From Patellaria atrata CBS 101060 (taxonomy: Eukaryota): 64,000 nucleotides of DNA. The notes under the pieces were generated by a model. It saw nothing but the letters and a program-made list of their open reading frames with translations. It did not search any database and was not told where the DNA came from. The position numbers and the translations under genes were made by a program. The DNA is taken from assembly GCA_010093705.1 (NCBI GenBank), contig MU006089.1:154875-218874 (forward strand), in the 5' to 3' direction. Shown here in pieces: positions 11,907-25,396 of this stretch (its first letter is position 1; the number at the start of each line of letters is the position of its first letter).

Positions 11907-12095
11907 TGTGAGAAAAACTGGATTTGCAGGTGCTCGGAGTATATCGCTTAATTGTGGAGGTTTAAGGCTACGGGATATATAAATGATGTTTCATCCACTA
12001 TGCAGTCAAATGGAAATAAAGTTATAATAATAAATTGTAATATCTTCTTTAGATTTCCATCTACTAAATATGAGTACCAGGACATTATTGTTACA
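11907..12095 (-). repeat. 5' LTR of the Copia element (189 bp)
   Basis: On the minus strand it reads TGTAACA...CTCACA and is immediately followed by a PBS-like sequence and gag. Confidence 0.8.
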
Positions 12096-12268
12096 GTACT
12101 TTAAGAAGGTAAGGTTGTGGAGGTACTGTACTCAGCAGGTGGTTGGTATACACGTAGTGCACGGAGTTCGGCGGGGGACAACTTTAGGTTTCTACTTGCA
12201 CAAAGTAGAAATATGAATCGTTACAATAACGAACTGGCACAAATTTACGATACTACACACCATTCTCC

Positions 12269-13772
12269 ATGGCAGGCTCGAGCTTGGAAGTACCCGAGAA
12301 ACTAGCCCTCATCAATGAGAACCTCGCTGAGATTCTCAATCCCGAGCTGATTGAGCGCGTCCTGGCTGAAGGGCGTAACCCAAGGATTTACTGGGGTGCG
12401 TTCAAATAATACATTTTCCACGACATTTCTATTTACGCAGCTCGTCACTAGCAAAAGAGGGACTAATAGTTGTTTTCTTCTAGGAACTGCAACGACAGGA
12501 CGGCCTCATTGTGGATACTTTGTTCCTGCTCTCAAGATTGCCCAATTCTTAGCTGCCGGATGCGAAGTTGTCGTGCTCCTAGCAGATATTCATGGATTTC
12601 TCGACAACCTCAAGGCTCCCCTCGAGCTTGTGGAAAAACGAGCTGAGTAAGAATCATCTGTTTAACTCTGTTCACAATTAGCTGAAAGAGAAAGGTTTTA
12701 TCGCTACACCATTGCATCTATCCTCAAAGCTGTCGGCGTGCCCACCGAGTTGAACAACCTCAAATTCATCCTTGGTAGCTCTTACCAAAAGAGCCCAGAA
12801 TATATTATGGATGTGTATAAGCTATCATCTTTAGTCTCGGAACATGATGCAAAAAAGGCAGGCGCCGAAATTGTAAAGCAATCGGAGAGTGCTCCCCTTA
12901 GCGGTCTGCTCTATCCGATCCTCCAGGTATTAGACGAACAGCACTTAGATGTTGACGCTCATTTTGGGGGTGCGTTGAATCTTGAGCTTGCACCATAAAG
13001 GGAGCCTGACTAATCTGAGACAGGGCTTGATCAGCGGAAGTTGTTCACAGCTGCAAAGGAGTGGTTACCCAAGATTGGATACAAAGAGGTATATCTATAT
13101 CTCCAGAATGTGTAACTCTCCCATTCTTGTGCTTATACATCTTTAGCGCGCACATCTCATGAACCCTATGGTTCCAGGGTTACATGGTGGAAAGTATGGC
13201 CGCCGGATCTCCTCGTTACCGACTCAAGCTAACCCGTCAATAGGATGTCTGCCAGTGATCCGGACAGCAAGATTGACCTTCTTGATCCTCCAGATCTTGT
13301 CACTAAGAAGATCCGTAAAGCAGTTGCTGCTCCGCAGATTGTGGAAGAGAACGGCCTTCTAGCCTTCATTGAATTCGTCTTACTCCCCGCTTCCGCTTTA
13401 AGTGGCCGTCGAGAGTTCCGTGTGGAGCGCGAAAGAGATGGTTTAGAGCCCCTGGTCTACGTCAATATTGGGCAGATGCACAATGATTATAGGAATGATA
13501 TTGTATGTTGGAGGAGCCGCTTTTTATGTTAGTTTCTAATGGCTTTGCAGTTAACACCGCAACTCTTAAAACCTGCCGTAGCAGCAGGCCTGAATAAGCT
13601 TTTAGCACCTATTCAGGAGGCATATCAAGCTTCAACTGAATGGCAAGAGATCGCCTTGAAAGCATATCCTCCACCACCTAGTCAGAAGAAGGAGAAGAAG
13701 GTCAAAAATAAAGGGTCTAAGTATCCTGGATCAAAGGACACCTCAGCTCCGGAGAACGCAAATCAAGTGTAA
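12269..13772 (+). CDS. TYS1: Cytoplasmic tyrosyl-tRNA synthetase (multi-exon)
   Basis: [18 protein letters not shown] (HIGH-type motif), [51 protein letters not shown] and [15 protein letters not shown] (KMSKS-type motif). About 6 GT-AG introns. Confidence 0.95.
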
Positions 13773-15296
13773 AATACTATCTCTAGTGATCAAAGTCCTC
13801 AGATTCCACACATACCGTTAGTCATTGAGACCATCCATAAATTCATAAAGCTTGCTCTTCGAACCGTTGTCCTCCATACTAGCAATCCGATCAGATAATA
13901 TGCCTCCTAAGACTTAAAGTCCACAACTCTCGTCGGATCGTCAACCTTCGCCCGATGTATTATTACCATCTCGAATCATCAACTCTTTCTTGTACACTCA
14001 CGGAATATCAATCAATTAACTTGCGTCTGGAAACCCCCAAGTATCTAGAGGAACGTATAGAATCTTACTTTATTCCTGAAAGGATCGACGGGAACTTGAG
14101 CCTAGATTTCTCCGACAGAGTGGTTTCGGTCTGATGGAAGTTCGGACTCTAAGGCCAGTTTACAACGATCAAATTCGTGTCCGCACGCCGTATTTCGTCA
14201 GAATACTCATAGAGCTCTGGGACTTTTTAGTGTGATCAATGAAAAAGAAAATTCCGAGCGTTTGAGGTCTGATTGAGACCAGAAGATTGTCCACTACAGA
14301 AGAGGCCCTTCCAGTCATTTTCATATGGAGCAACAAGTCTTGCATTCTATTTTCAGGCTATCCAACCCATTTATACGTTACTTCTTCACCCACCTTAAGG
14401 AGTACTTTTGACCGCTCGTGTTGCTGCTCACTGGTAAGAAACCTGGGTATCTGAAGCCTCTACTTTTGCGGAAATCGCGAGTACGTCATAAATCACCCCC
14501 AAAATACGTGGACATCATGCTCTCTTGTCAGACAATCTAATTTATTTTCCGGTAATGGCGTGAAAACATCGCCACATCTTTGTGAGATTTATGAGTGAAG
14601 CGACAAACAAAATCTCATCACATCACTCCAAAGTCTTCGATATCAATACCTGAATCTATTTTCTAGATTCTTCTTGTGAGGGATATGAAGATCAGAATAC
14701 GCTATTCATCTCAATACCCTCCAGACCCATAGAACTCGTGAAGGAGTGATAGTTAAGGCCTCAACTTTTCTACCCATGTGAGCGTATGTGAGCTAGAAAC
14801 CATAATATGGGCCTCGAATGACAACTGAGGATTTCCCCGTCGGAGTTGAACAGTTTTCGAGAAACAAAGTAGTGTATCAATCTTTCTTCTCGAACTCGGT
14901 TTCAAGGTTGTATCCACTTTGGCACATCGTCATCCACCTTCCAATACCCTACTCTGTTCCACCGATCAATTTACCAATATATCCTATTCCTATTTCCAGG
15001 GGGAAAACAAGGCTTTGCGGTATTTCATGGGTCTCCGAAGGTTTTTAACGGAGCAAAAGTACGAACCAATACAAGAATTTGAAAGGTGTCAAAAGACAAA
15101 GTCGGGCCAGTGTCAATCATCGGCAGATATATTCAGTAGTGATGATCATGTTCGGCTCTTACACAATCAGAATTCTAGTTTCATGAATCATATTCTCCGC
15201 ATAAGGATAATAATGGATAATATTACATGAACCTAGACAATACGAAGAGATTATTTCCAATGGTTGGTAATCTTTTTTTTGACTCCAAGCGGAATC

Positions 15297-17914
15297 TCAA
15301 GTTTTCGGATCAGTAATAGGACCTCTCCTCTCGATAGTCAAAAGTGCGCTATGCACAGCTGCGGCAACATCCACATGAAAGAACGGCCTGTTGATACCTA
15401 CCACTGGAGCTACCTTTGGCGAAAAGGCAGCAGTAACTTTTTCGTCTACCGCCTGTTGCCCCGTGGCCTTACATTCATGTACCTCCCCATCCTCAATGTC
15501 CGGAGTGCACCTCCGTTCTAGATCACCATCCTCTCGTGCGCCGCCTATATCAGCGACACTGTAAAGTGGCTCCCAATGGCCAAGCTTGTCAAGATTGGAT
15601 GCGGTTGGGTAGCCGAAACCAGCAGCCGCAAGGGCACGCTTCGTCCATCGATTAGTGATACAAGCGATATGCCAGTCGACAATCTCTGGCGCAGCATAAC
15701 GATCAAACTGGTTGCGGATGTCAATAAGACCCTGAATCGAAGTAACATCAACATTGTTGACAGATGAGAAATCAAGGATGACAGCGCGCAGGATCGGACG
15801 ACTATCATCAGTATCGATTCGCTGCCCGCGACGAAGACCAGGATCATTCCAGGGGCGGTCCTACAGCCCTGTTAGTGAAATGTATCTTATTATAAGATGA
15901 TAATTCTCCTTACTCCAATCTTTGTATAGTTAGTCAACTGCGTACGCCTAGTGTGCTTGAAAAGATGCTCTGTGAGCGCGTCTAAATAGTGAGCCTGGTT
16001 GACATATGTAAAACCTTCACTGAAACGGTAGATGAAAACTCCCGGATGGGGTTTCTGCACGTCGATGAGTGGGTTTGAGCCATCCTGATGTTCGATAGGG
16101 AGGAAAGCTTCGCGGGATGAGGTATTTTCAGTACTATCGTTGTGCTTATCTTCTCTTAGAAGCTCCTCCTTAGTGACATAGTGGATTTTAACGCGCCCAA
16201 GGACAAATGCTTTAGCCTTAGCAAGGCGGAAAAGTAAGAGTGCTGCTGAAGCTCCGACCGTCGCATAGATTCCGTTTTCTATGTTAGTAAATATAGTCAC
16301 GAAAATACCACCAAAAAAGATAACCACCTCCAAGGGTGATACCTCCCAAAATTTGTACACCACATTCGGAGGGGTTATCAAGTCGAAAACGGCGTGGATA
16401 ATCAAACCTGCCAGACTAGCCATCGGGATATAGTAGAACACGGAGGTTAGGGCGTACAAAGCGAGAAGGACCATGACAGCCGTAAAGATACCAGCAAGAG
16501 GGGTTCGTACACCAGCTTTAGATTTAATAGCTGTTCGAGAAAAGGAGCCCGTAGCTGGATAGCCGCCAAGGAAGGGCCCAAAAAGATTTGTGAACCCTAC
16601 TGCGACAAGTTCTTGACTAGGATTAATTGTGTAGTTATTGATTCTACCAAAAGATTTGGAGATGGCGATATGCTCGATCAGCAAAACAATAAGGGATGCA
16701 GGAAGATCGGGTGCAAACAGCTCGATAGTTCTCTTTCGGACAACTGGGACACCAGCATGCTGAAAACCTAAAAATGGTATGTCAATATCAAGAACAAGAA
16801 AGGGGAAGGTCATGCTAAAGTGACTCACCTCTTGGGACTGTCCCCAAAATCTTAAATCTCGCCTTCTTTGCGTCATCAATATTCTTGTTGACAAGCCAGC
16901 TGATCATGGTGTAGAGCAGAATGACGAAAACCATGCGAAGAGTGGAGACGAAGAACCAGAGTTTTTGTTTCTGAGGATGGATCCGAGACATCCAAGAGCA
17001 AAAGTACTTGATTCCGTAGAGCATAAACAATGCTGATAATCCCATGGTAGCGTCAATTTTAGTATCGCCGAGTTGTTTCAGCGTGTTAATGATAACGAGG
17101 TATGTTGCTTCCCGGGTCTTGATGCCCTTGATTCCCATCATGGCCGGTACTTGTCCAGCAGCAATGCTGATTGCGGCGCCAGTCATAAAAGAGGTGATTG
17201 CTGAAAGTGGGATGAATTCGACGATCCAGCCTAGACGCGCCAAACCGATAAAGAGTAGCACAGCACCACAGATGACGGACAGTGACCGGGCGATTTCTTC
17301 AGACGGTATATCTGGATCTTGATCCTGTACTCGAAGCACGATATTACCAACAAGTGTTGACATGACAGCGACGGTCTCCAACAACTGTCAGTACGTTGCC
17401 AAGGGAGGGTTTGAGTGGGGTTCAGAGAAGAACTTACTCCGATGGTGATGTCCTTGGACGTTGCGAAAGCCCAGTACAACAGAAAGCCGACAAAAGAGGT
17501 GTACAATCCGAATTCTGGGGGCAGTTGTGCGAGGAGGGCATAAGCCATACCCTGCGGGATCACTACGAAACCCACGGTGATTCCTTTTGCGATCATTGTT
17601 AGCAAATTCTCGTGATTGCCTTGTGCAGGAGAGTTTCAATTACCGGCAATCAAGTCTCCTATAAGCCATTGAACATTGTAGTGGAGAATCCAGTTGAGGA
17701 AGGGGAACAAGGTATGAAGATAATGCTTTGTGCCTGCAGTCGTAGGTTGAAAACGAGACAACCATTCCCCGGTGGTGGGCTCTTTTTCGTAATATGCTCC
17801 AATTGTAGAGCTCGAGGAAACTGAAATATGCTCTTTGGGCTCATCACGATAATCGACATCTATGCGAAGAACTTTCGCAATGACACGGCCGATACGCTCT
17901 CTTTTCGTAGTCAT
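15297..17914 (-). CDS. SulP/SLC26 sulfate permease with a STAS domain (SUL1/sB/cys-14 family)
   Basis: WLIGDLIAG|ITVGFVVIPQGMAYA, FATSKDITIG, EHIAISKSFGR, GGYPATGSFSRTAIKSKAGVRTP, STAS region LRAVILDFSSVNNVD and RPFFHVD. 4 introns; stop TGA at 15299-15297. Confidence 0.95.
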
Positions 17915-18689
17915 GTCAAGTGTGACTGGAAAGTCTGGTCCTCGACGGTTTTGGGGAGACGGATAGACAAGAAAAAGACGGAATACTGGGCAGCTTTATG
18001 CAATCAATTGCCTTCAAAGCCATGATAATGGTTTGCTGTTGTTTCTTGGAAAAAGGAATACTGGCATCGCTCAGCTTGATGCCCAGGCTCCGTCTCTGGT
18101 GGTGACATGAAGCCTTTTTTTTCTTCTTCCCCTTCTTCTCTCTGGATTTCTTGGTTGACATTCGATGTGTTGACCCGATAGCATATGTCAGGATTCATCG
18201 AGACTATGCTCCGTATCAACCTAAGCTTCATCCCACAATCCCGCTTCTGGCACTGCAGGGTACCTGAAATGTCGCCTATTTTCAGTCTTTTCAGTCTTTT
18301 CAGTCATTTCAGCATCTCTCATCGCCATTATTGGTGTATTCCAAGCCTGGAAGCTGCCTCCACCACCTTGGGATTGGACCTTTACGGAAGGCGACCTTTG
18401 GAACTATGGAAGTCGCGATGATGGGGCAGAATTTCGTCATCTACTTGGCTGTCTTGGCTATCCATCTAATCTGGACTTCACAACCTGGATTAAGGTAAGG
18501 TACCTTTATCCTACAAAGGTATCATTCACTTCACAATCACTATCATCACCGCCTATCATGTACTAATGTCTAAAATAATGTTGAAATATAATATAGTCCA
18601 AACGCAATTTTCAATCCTCTAATCGATGAAAATCATCTTATCCATCTCTGCATATCTTTCAGAGGCGCAATATCAGATGTTGTTCAGGC

Positions 18690-18699
18690 ATGGTATCAT
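18690..18699. promoter_or_regulatory. Candidate CYS3/MetR bZIP site ATGGTATCAT upstream of the sulfate permease
   Basis: Fits the ATGRYRYCAT consensus ~780 bp upstream of the ATG. It is a single degenerate match. Confidence 0.3.
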
Positions 18700-21023
18700 C
18701 ACAGGACGTTTTGGCGATATTTCAAAAATAAAGTCGTGTCTTTCATTCATTCTTCCTTGCGAATCTGGTCTTCGGCTTTACGCGAGAGGTCGAGAGGTCG
18801 AGAGGTCGAGAACTACCTGGCTTGATCAATTGACCGCACACGATGGGGAAATTGACGGACCTTAAAGTTAGCAGTGTCCCAATGGCATACAGGTAGATGA
18901 AAAATGTACAGTTCAAATGAACGATTACAGTTTGATGCCATTCGAAACCATATTCGCTCCATCAAACTCCTGATTGACCTTTCAAAGAACTCTATCGCTT
19001 TCGATTCGGAGGAGCAATCAGACGGGATTTGCATTCTTGGTTTCAACGCAGTCACTCTCTTTCTGCCAATATTATGACTTTATGCAGGAATTCATCACGT
19101 AAAATGTCTCCCACATGGCGGTTTCCAAAGCCGCAGTTAGCAACCCAAAAGCTGTCAAGCAATATGACCCATTATTGTTTGTTGCGTACGTGACAAGGGT
19201 ACATACGTTCTGGAATGCCTCTAGAGCCCTCTACAAATAGGAATCCGAAAGATACTGAATGATCCAAAGCTCTGGGATCCTAGGATGAGGAAGCCAAGGG
19301 GTAGGTCTCGAACGTCACGCACTCCAGTCTGCGTAAACCAAGTCCGTTGATCAGAAAGCTACATCTCACTTCAAATAATTTAAGTCATATTGCATCACTG
19401 CAATCATGCCGCAACCTAATAAGCTCCACAAAGTTCTATTCTCATTACATCTGAATACCTGCAGTGTGTGCTCAACCACCCTCCCACACTACAATTGGCT
19501 CTTATTGGAAGCGGACTACTCCACGTCGCGGAATACAATCCCTTCTCAAGAATTCAGGAGACTGTTTGATTAGTTCACGAGCTTGACACTTACCATCCTC
19601 CAACTCAGGCCATTTATTGTTGCCCCCACCCCCTTTTTGAGCCTTTTTAACCGTTGACAGTTTTCCTTATTTCACCCTAGAATTTGGTGGGTTTCTCCTT
19701 GCACCTGTCTTCAGTTCCCTCCGCATCGTCGATAGCACTGTGGCCTATCATTCCACTGGTTTAAATTGTTCAGAATCCACCGGCTCACCGGTGAATTTTA
19801 CGCACATCAGTACTCCTGTCCAAAGCTATTCGTTATCTCCAATTCACATCCCAACTAACATTTAGTTTCTTCCCTTCTAGCACGGTAGTTATACCGTGAT
19901 CGCTATTAATATGTTATGTGCAAGTTTGAGAACCCGCTACATGGAAATACTCGCAAATTTGCGACAATTACTATAACAAGATACACGTTCTATTTCGACA
20001 CCAATCTACCCTAAGACGTAGGTATCTGTTTAAGATAACATTGAGGCGGAAATTTCACATACACAGAAGCCTAGGCCTGATGCATGAGTGCTATCCTGGA
20101 ATCTCTCAGGTTTTACGTACAATAATATTCAAAATCACATTAATCTATGTTGCTTATTACTCGTCCCCTGTGTATCTTAGTGAATATCCTTTACACTCCA
20201 TAAACTTTTGATACACGCCACCGCTAAGAATCAACTTCGGCCGCTTCTAATACAAAAACAGTCCGTACAGCTAAGTCGGAAGGATTCTCGATGTAGATGT
20301 ACGCTAGCTAGGGCTGTTCTTAAGGTACGCTTCGTCCTGGTAGTATTCATCTTCAACATTGTACGTTAGTCATACGCACGAAGTGATTCAACTGTCGTTT
20401 GACCTTACAGTGCTTTTCTCTTAGGTGCTCAACGAAGTATCAAGATGTCGCTCATAATCAAACGCCATGTTGATAATAATTAATCCCGTCTCTGATATGA
20501 AAGCGCTTTGAACCCGGGCAGTACTAGATTCAATACAGAGTGTAATCATCCTCGTCATTAAAGCATGAACTATTAATACTAGCTAAAAGCCCAGGGAGAG
20601 TAGGTCTAAGGTCCTGCTTGCACCGACGAGGGCTATAGTTTAGATATGGTGGATTCGTATATGATCGATATAGTTGTCCAAGAAAATGATGTCCTCAATC
20701 AACATACCTTCGAATCGTTTGGTGTAAAAGGTCCCAATATTGAACATAGCATTTTAGAAATGTTGATAATAATCGGAGCAGATTCAAGTTCGAATCATAA
20801 GGATTGACTCTGGCTCATATGATCGAGTTAAAACAAAGGGGAATGCTGATAGGTTCTAACTACGAAAGTCAAGTTTCGATTCAGATTGCAACAATCTGGA
20901 ATGCCCATCATTTCTGGGTAGCGAAGTGCGTCGTCGTCAGTGAGGTGACAGCAGTACCCATCTTATGATATTTTCTACTTGAGACTATTATATCTACGAT
21001 TCATGAGGTATCACTTAATCAAC

Positions 21024-24000
21024 CTAGTTGTCAGCATCACCATCCTCCTCGCTTGCGTCCTCGCTTTCTTCATCAGCATCCTCGTCATCCTCAGACTCTT
21101 CATCTCCACTAGCTTCACCAGCTTTTAATCCATAATCATCTTGAAAATCCGTCAATGACTTGACTTTCGGTTTGAAACCAGCTTCTTCAAAGCTTTTCTT
21201 GAGACCCTCTTCCATTATAGTGGCGCATGTGACTACCAGGTTTGCGCTTTTGGGTTCGAATAACGGAAGTACAAACTCTTTTAGTGCATCCCTGATCTCC
21301 TCCACGCCAACTTGCTTGATCCTCTTCAGTATCTGCATAGACCAATCTTTCGGTATCCCCTTGATGACCTGATTAACGAAGGAAGCATTCGCAGCATCCA
21401 TCATTGTAGGCTCTGCGTCGGCAAATTGTACAACGATAAAGCTTATAGCTCCTTCAAGAGCCGGTTTTTCAAACTCAGTAGACCCATCGGCAAATGCGCT
21501 GATAACTCTACGTGCCTCCTGATACGCTTTGAATGCATCGGGTGACCTGTAAATGTGGAAGCCTACCAAGCCTATGTCGGTACTACGCGAGAAATTAGCA
21601 CCATATGCCAAACCTGTACCCCGAACTGCTACCCAGATAGGGCCCTCTACGGATTCGAGATACGCAAGCGCTACCATGAGAGCGGGTAGTTTAGGATGCG
21701 ATAATGAGTCTGGGCCGAGTGCGGTGAATTGTGCGTAACTTGAATCAATGGTTGGCATGGGCACAATATAAGCTAATCCACCAGGATTCAAGCCCTTTTC
21801 ACTAAGAACAGAACGACGGGAATCAAGAGGTAGTAGCGGAGACGACGTGTCCAGCCCGTCTATCAAAAATTTCCATGGAGAGACGGGATTCTCGAGTCCT
21901 TGAAGATTTGCAGTGACCGTTACACGGAAGTTGGAGAAATGAAAGAGAGACTTGCGAACAGTTTCAAACATCCCAACAACCTCTGTCGGGGAATCACTGA
22001 GGAGCCGATTAACGCGTTTAAGGTAGAGAGCTTTAACGAGAGTGTTACTACTGCGAGTTGTGCTTGACGGTGCGAAATGTATCATCGAATCGACGCTACT
22101 ACACATCTGAATTGTTTTAGCACAGTTTAGCCGAATGACTAATTTCAAAACACTTACTCGATAGCCGCTTCTCTTTTCATCGGGTATCTCCGCTAGCATT
22201 TTAATTATTGTTGTTTTCAACCTCTAGATGTGGAGTCAATCAATGTGATCGTAACCAACTCTTCCCGATTAGCTTACCTCTTCATCAAATACACTATCAA
22301 ACATCATTGTCCGCAACCAGTTAATCGCAGTCTGGTATTTCGCAGGCTCAACGATGAATTTTATACAACCAAGCTCAGAGTTTCCAACGCCAGAAGAACC
22401 TATAGAGTATTTGATTGTGTCCTGCTCGAGCTCCGTCACGACTTTCTCAAACTCAATACGCTGTCCGTCCCGAATTATTGGTGTGGTAAAAAAATTCGTA
22501 ACGGCTATAGGAAGTAGTGGCTTGAGCTGAAGTGGAATAGCTCCTGTGCTGAACACGAGTTTGATTTGCACGAAACTCGATGGTATATGTTCAAAATGGA
22601 TGAACAATGGCAAATCTGATCCCTTTTCATCAATGACCTTTTGGATGTCATTATCAAGCGGACCCATAGCTTTGGCAAGTCCAGATCGTGCGGTAGTAGT
22701 CTCATGGAAATGGACAGACTCCACATTCGGGATTGGCAAGTGTTCCAAAATTTCTCTCGGAATCTCTTTATCATTTTCAGCTCTAGCTTCCTCCAGTTTT
22801 TTAGCGAGTCTCTTGAGTCCTTCTTCGCCTAGACGTTCCTTTTGCTCTTTGACCCGTGCCTTTTCGTCTTCTTTAAGCTTTCTAGATAGTTTCTTAGATG
22901 GGGTGCCCAAGATAGAAACGTGTTTCGCATCCGCTAGCCAATAAGACAAGAATTCTCGCCATTGGTTATCGGTCCAAGTTTGCACCATGTCATAGTGTTT
23001 GATTGTGCTCATAGACTCAAATAGATCAGACCCATCTCGTTTGCCAAAGCAATGGTCTTCGATGATAGGGCCGGCGTAAATATCATTCCCCGACTCATAT
23101 GCTAGCTTAATTTGCCGTTTTATTCTTAAAATGCATTCTCTCATATAGTTCATGTCGAAAGGTTTAGAGGCCGTTTCTTTCAGAATTTCGAAGAATCTTC
23201 GCTCGACATGTGCAAGTTTCTCTGCTGCGACACTCGTGAGACCGAACCATATCATCATACTAGGGCGAGTCTCGTTTAAATACCAAACGCTACTCGCAAG
23301 TTGCTCCTTCTCCACAATCGTGTTTTCCAAAACAGATACGGAAGAGTCGGCGAGATAGGTCAGTAAGACTTCCATTGCAGCGTCTAATTAAGGGTCAGCG
23401 GCCGGTAATTAAGAGACACTGAAAGCAAATTACACACCTTGAAGTAGGTCCTCGCAACTGGGTCCAAGAAAACCAATACATATCTCGCCTGATGTCTCAT
23501 CTTCTTCAGGAAATTCGACCGTATCGATGATGGTCTCAGCAATGGGTGGCGTTGGTTTGGAGTCCACCCATGGTCTCTTGAATGGAGCGTCAAGCGAAGG
23601 AACGTCGGCCAAGATATCGTCCTCAAACTTGTCTAAAACTTCCAGAAGATGGTCATGAGCTACCTCTCCTATGACAATAACGCGAAGATTTTTTGGCTGA
23701 TACATGTCCCGGTGGAACTGCCGAATGCGATCTGCGGTGAGAATACGCAACGCCTCCATCATTCCGCCGGTTTCATACCGAAACCCATCGCCTTCGGGGT
23801 AAATCAGCCGGCGGGCTCGGAGTTGCATAAGCTCCTCCTGTGTATTTTGTACGCCTTGCATTTCGGAATACACCACACTGAGGTTATTAGAGATAGTGCT
23901 TGTACTTGGGATAGGTCAGGTACCCTGCGTCGTGACCGGTGCCATCTATATGATGGACTTCAGTATAACAACCAGCGTCCGTCAGGGTCGGTACAAGAAC

Positions 24001-24540
24001 ATGTTCGAGGTATATGGGAAGCTGTACGAGATCGTAAGTCTTTGATCCAGCGCAGAAAACTTAGAATATTTACAATTTGAGCAAACCCTTCCCACCCTGC
24101 CGTGTTCAACGTGTACGTTGTGTTATCCACGGCTGTCCAAGCATTCGTCTCGGAGTATGCCCTAGTAGCAAGTTTATCCAGTACTCCTTTATATTTAAAA
24201 CTCTTAGAGCCCTGATTTAGATGTCAACAAATCTACTTTCGTGTTGGATATCATTTTTTTGCTTACCATAAAGCAGAGGTGCTCTAATGTATGAGCTGTT
24301 TTTAGGTTAGTATTCAGCAACAGTCGATGGGCAAGAGTAAGTCATACGTGCTCCCGAGTCATCAAAGATCTCAGTAGCTAGAGTGAAGTAGCCTAGTACC
24401 TTCGGACCCTTCCTGTCTACAACGGCAACTCTCATGCCCGTTCTTTCGGATTCATACTGCGTAAATTCTGCTAAAGCGAACTCAGACTTGAAGTTTTGAA
24501 TTCTCTTGAAGATAGTTTTCCTCTCCTTCGCGGCACTCAT
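21024..24540 (-). CDS. M16-family (insulinase-like) zinc metallopeptidase, SDD3/YOL098C-like
   Basis: Inverted zinc motif HxxEH (DDSGA|PHTLEHLCFM|GS), TNAWTAVDNTTY, GVVYSEMQG, YRYETGG-like FRYETGG, WVAVRGTGLAYG and an acidic C-terminal tail. Multi-exon. Confidence 0.88.
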
Positions 24541-25396
24541 CTCAAATCAAATGATTTCCCTCGAACTACGTGATAAAGAGAAATTAGATTCCAAAGTCGA
24601 CCATGAGAGCAACGGAAATCAATGATACTCAAGCGTAAGAACACAGGGATAATCAAGTCACATGCCTATCCATTCACCAACTTACAATTTAAACAATGAA
24701 AAGCGAGAGCAACATCCACCGCAGGATGTAATGTCGTGTATGAAGTGCTACGACGGGGGATGATCAACTTTTCTATGTTCGTAAAATGCGGCGCCAGGCA
24801 GACACAGATCAGCTTTTTAACAGGCCGTGTCAGCAGTTGACCTCGTGTTGAGAAGGCGTGATGTTCCTCCGGTCTGGAAATAATAAGCGGTACGCTCACG
24901 CTGAAGCGGTCAAGTTCTGACCGGTCATGAACCAAAGCGTAGAGCAGGAACGAAGTAAAATAAATGGCCGTACTATTTAGTAAAAAGAATGGAAGAGAAG
25001 CTCTCTCCACAAGGGGGGAGTGTGAGTGAGGTGCCAGCTCTAATTTTCTTGTACTTATTTAGCACATCAAGCTATGAGATGACCTCGTAAAATCCGTATT
25101 CAGTTCCTAAAGGCGCAGGTGTACTCTTTTCGATCCGAGTAGCAGTATTAAAAATGCTATATGCTGTAAGGAGCACCCTCATTGAAGTAAAGTCGTCCTA
25201 AAAAAAAATTGGTACGGCAGGCTAGATAAGCCGATATTACAACTGGTAGTTCTACGGTACTCCTTATTTACCCTCTACGCAACCAACATAGTAGCCAATT
25301 CCAGAATGATGAAGCTGGATGATGTTAGGTAAATTACTCCACTACTTTTCAAACATTGCATAATTCCTTGCTCGGAATGCTTTCGTACCTTTTCTC

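Larger units (their letters stand above)
7141..12095 (-). mobile_element. Degenerate Ty1/Copia LTR retrotransposon (5' LTR-PBS-gag-PR-IN-RT-RNaseH), lacking the end of RNase H and the 3' LTR
   Basis: Gag knuckle CPCGKEHLWSNC, protease LLDSGS, WHRIMGH pre-integrase motif, integrase, RT (YVDD, MRDLGDLQYFLGI) and RNase H (SDAIFADN..RRSSQG, ..WLRQEV..VEWKPT). The domain order IN before RT is the Copia arrangement. Many stops and frameshifts. Confidence 0.93.

Noticed and set aside
13800..15250. Short ORFs between TyrRS and the sulfate permease (also 28071-28367, 42537-42764 and 52171-52556)
   Set aside because: No recognisable domains or consistent exon structure; treated as intergenic.
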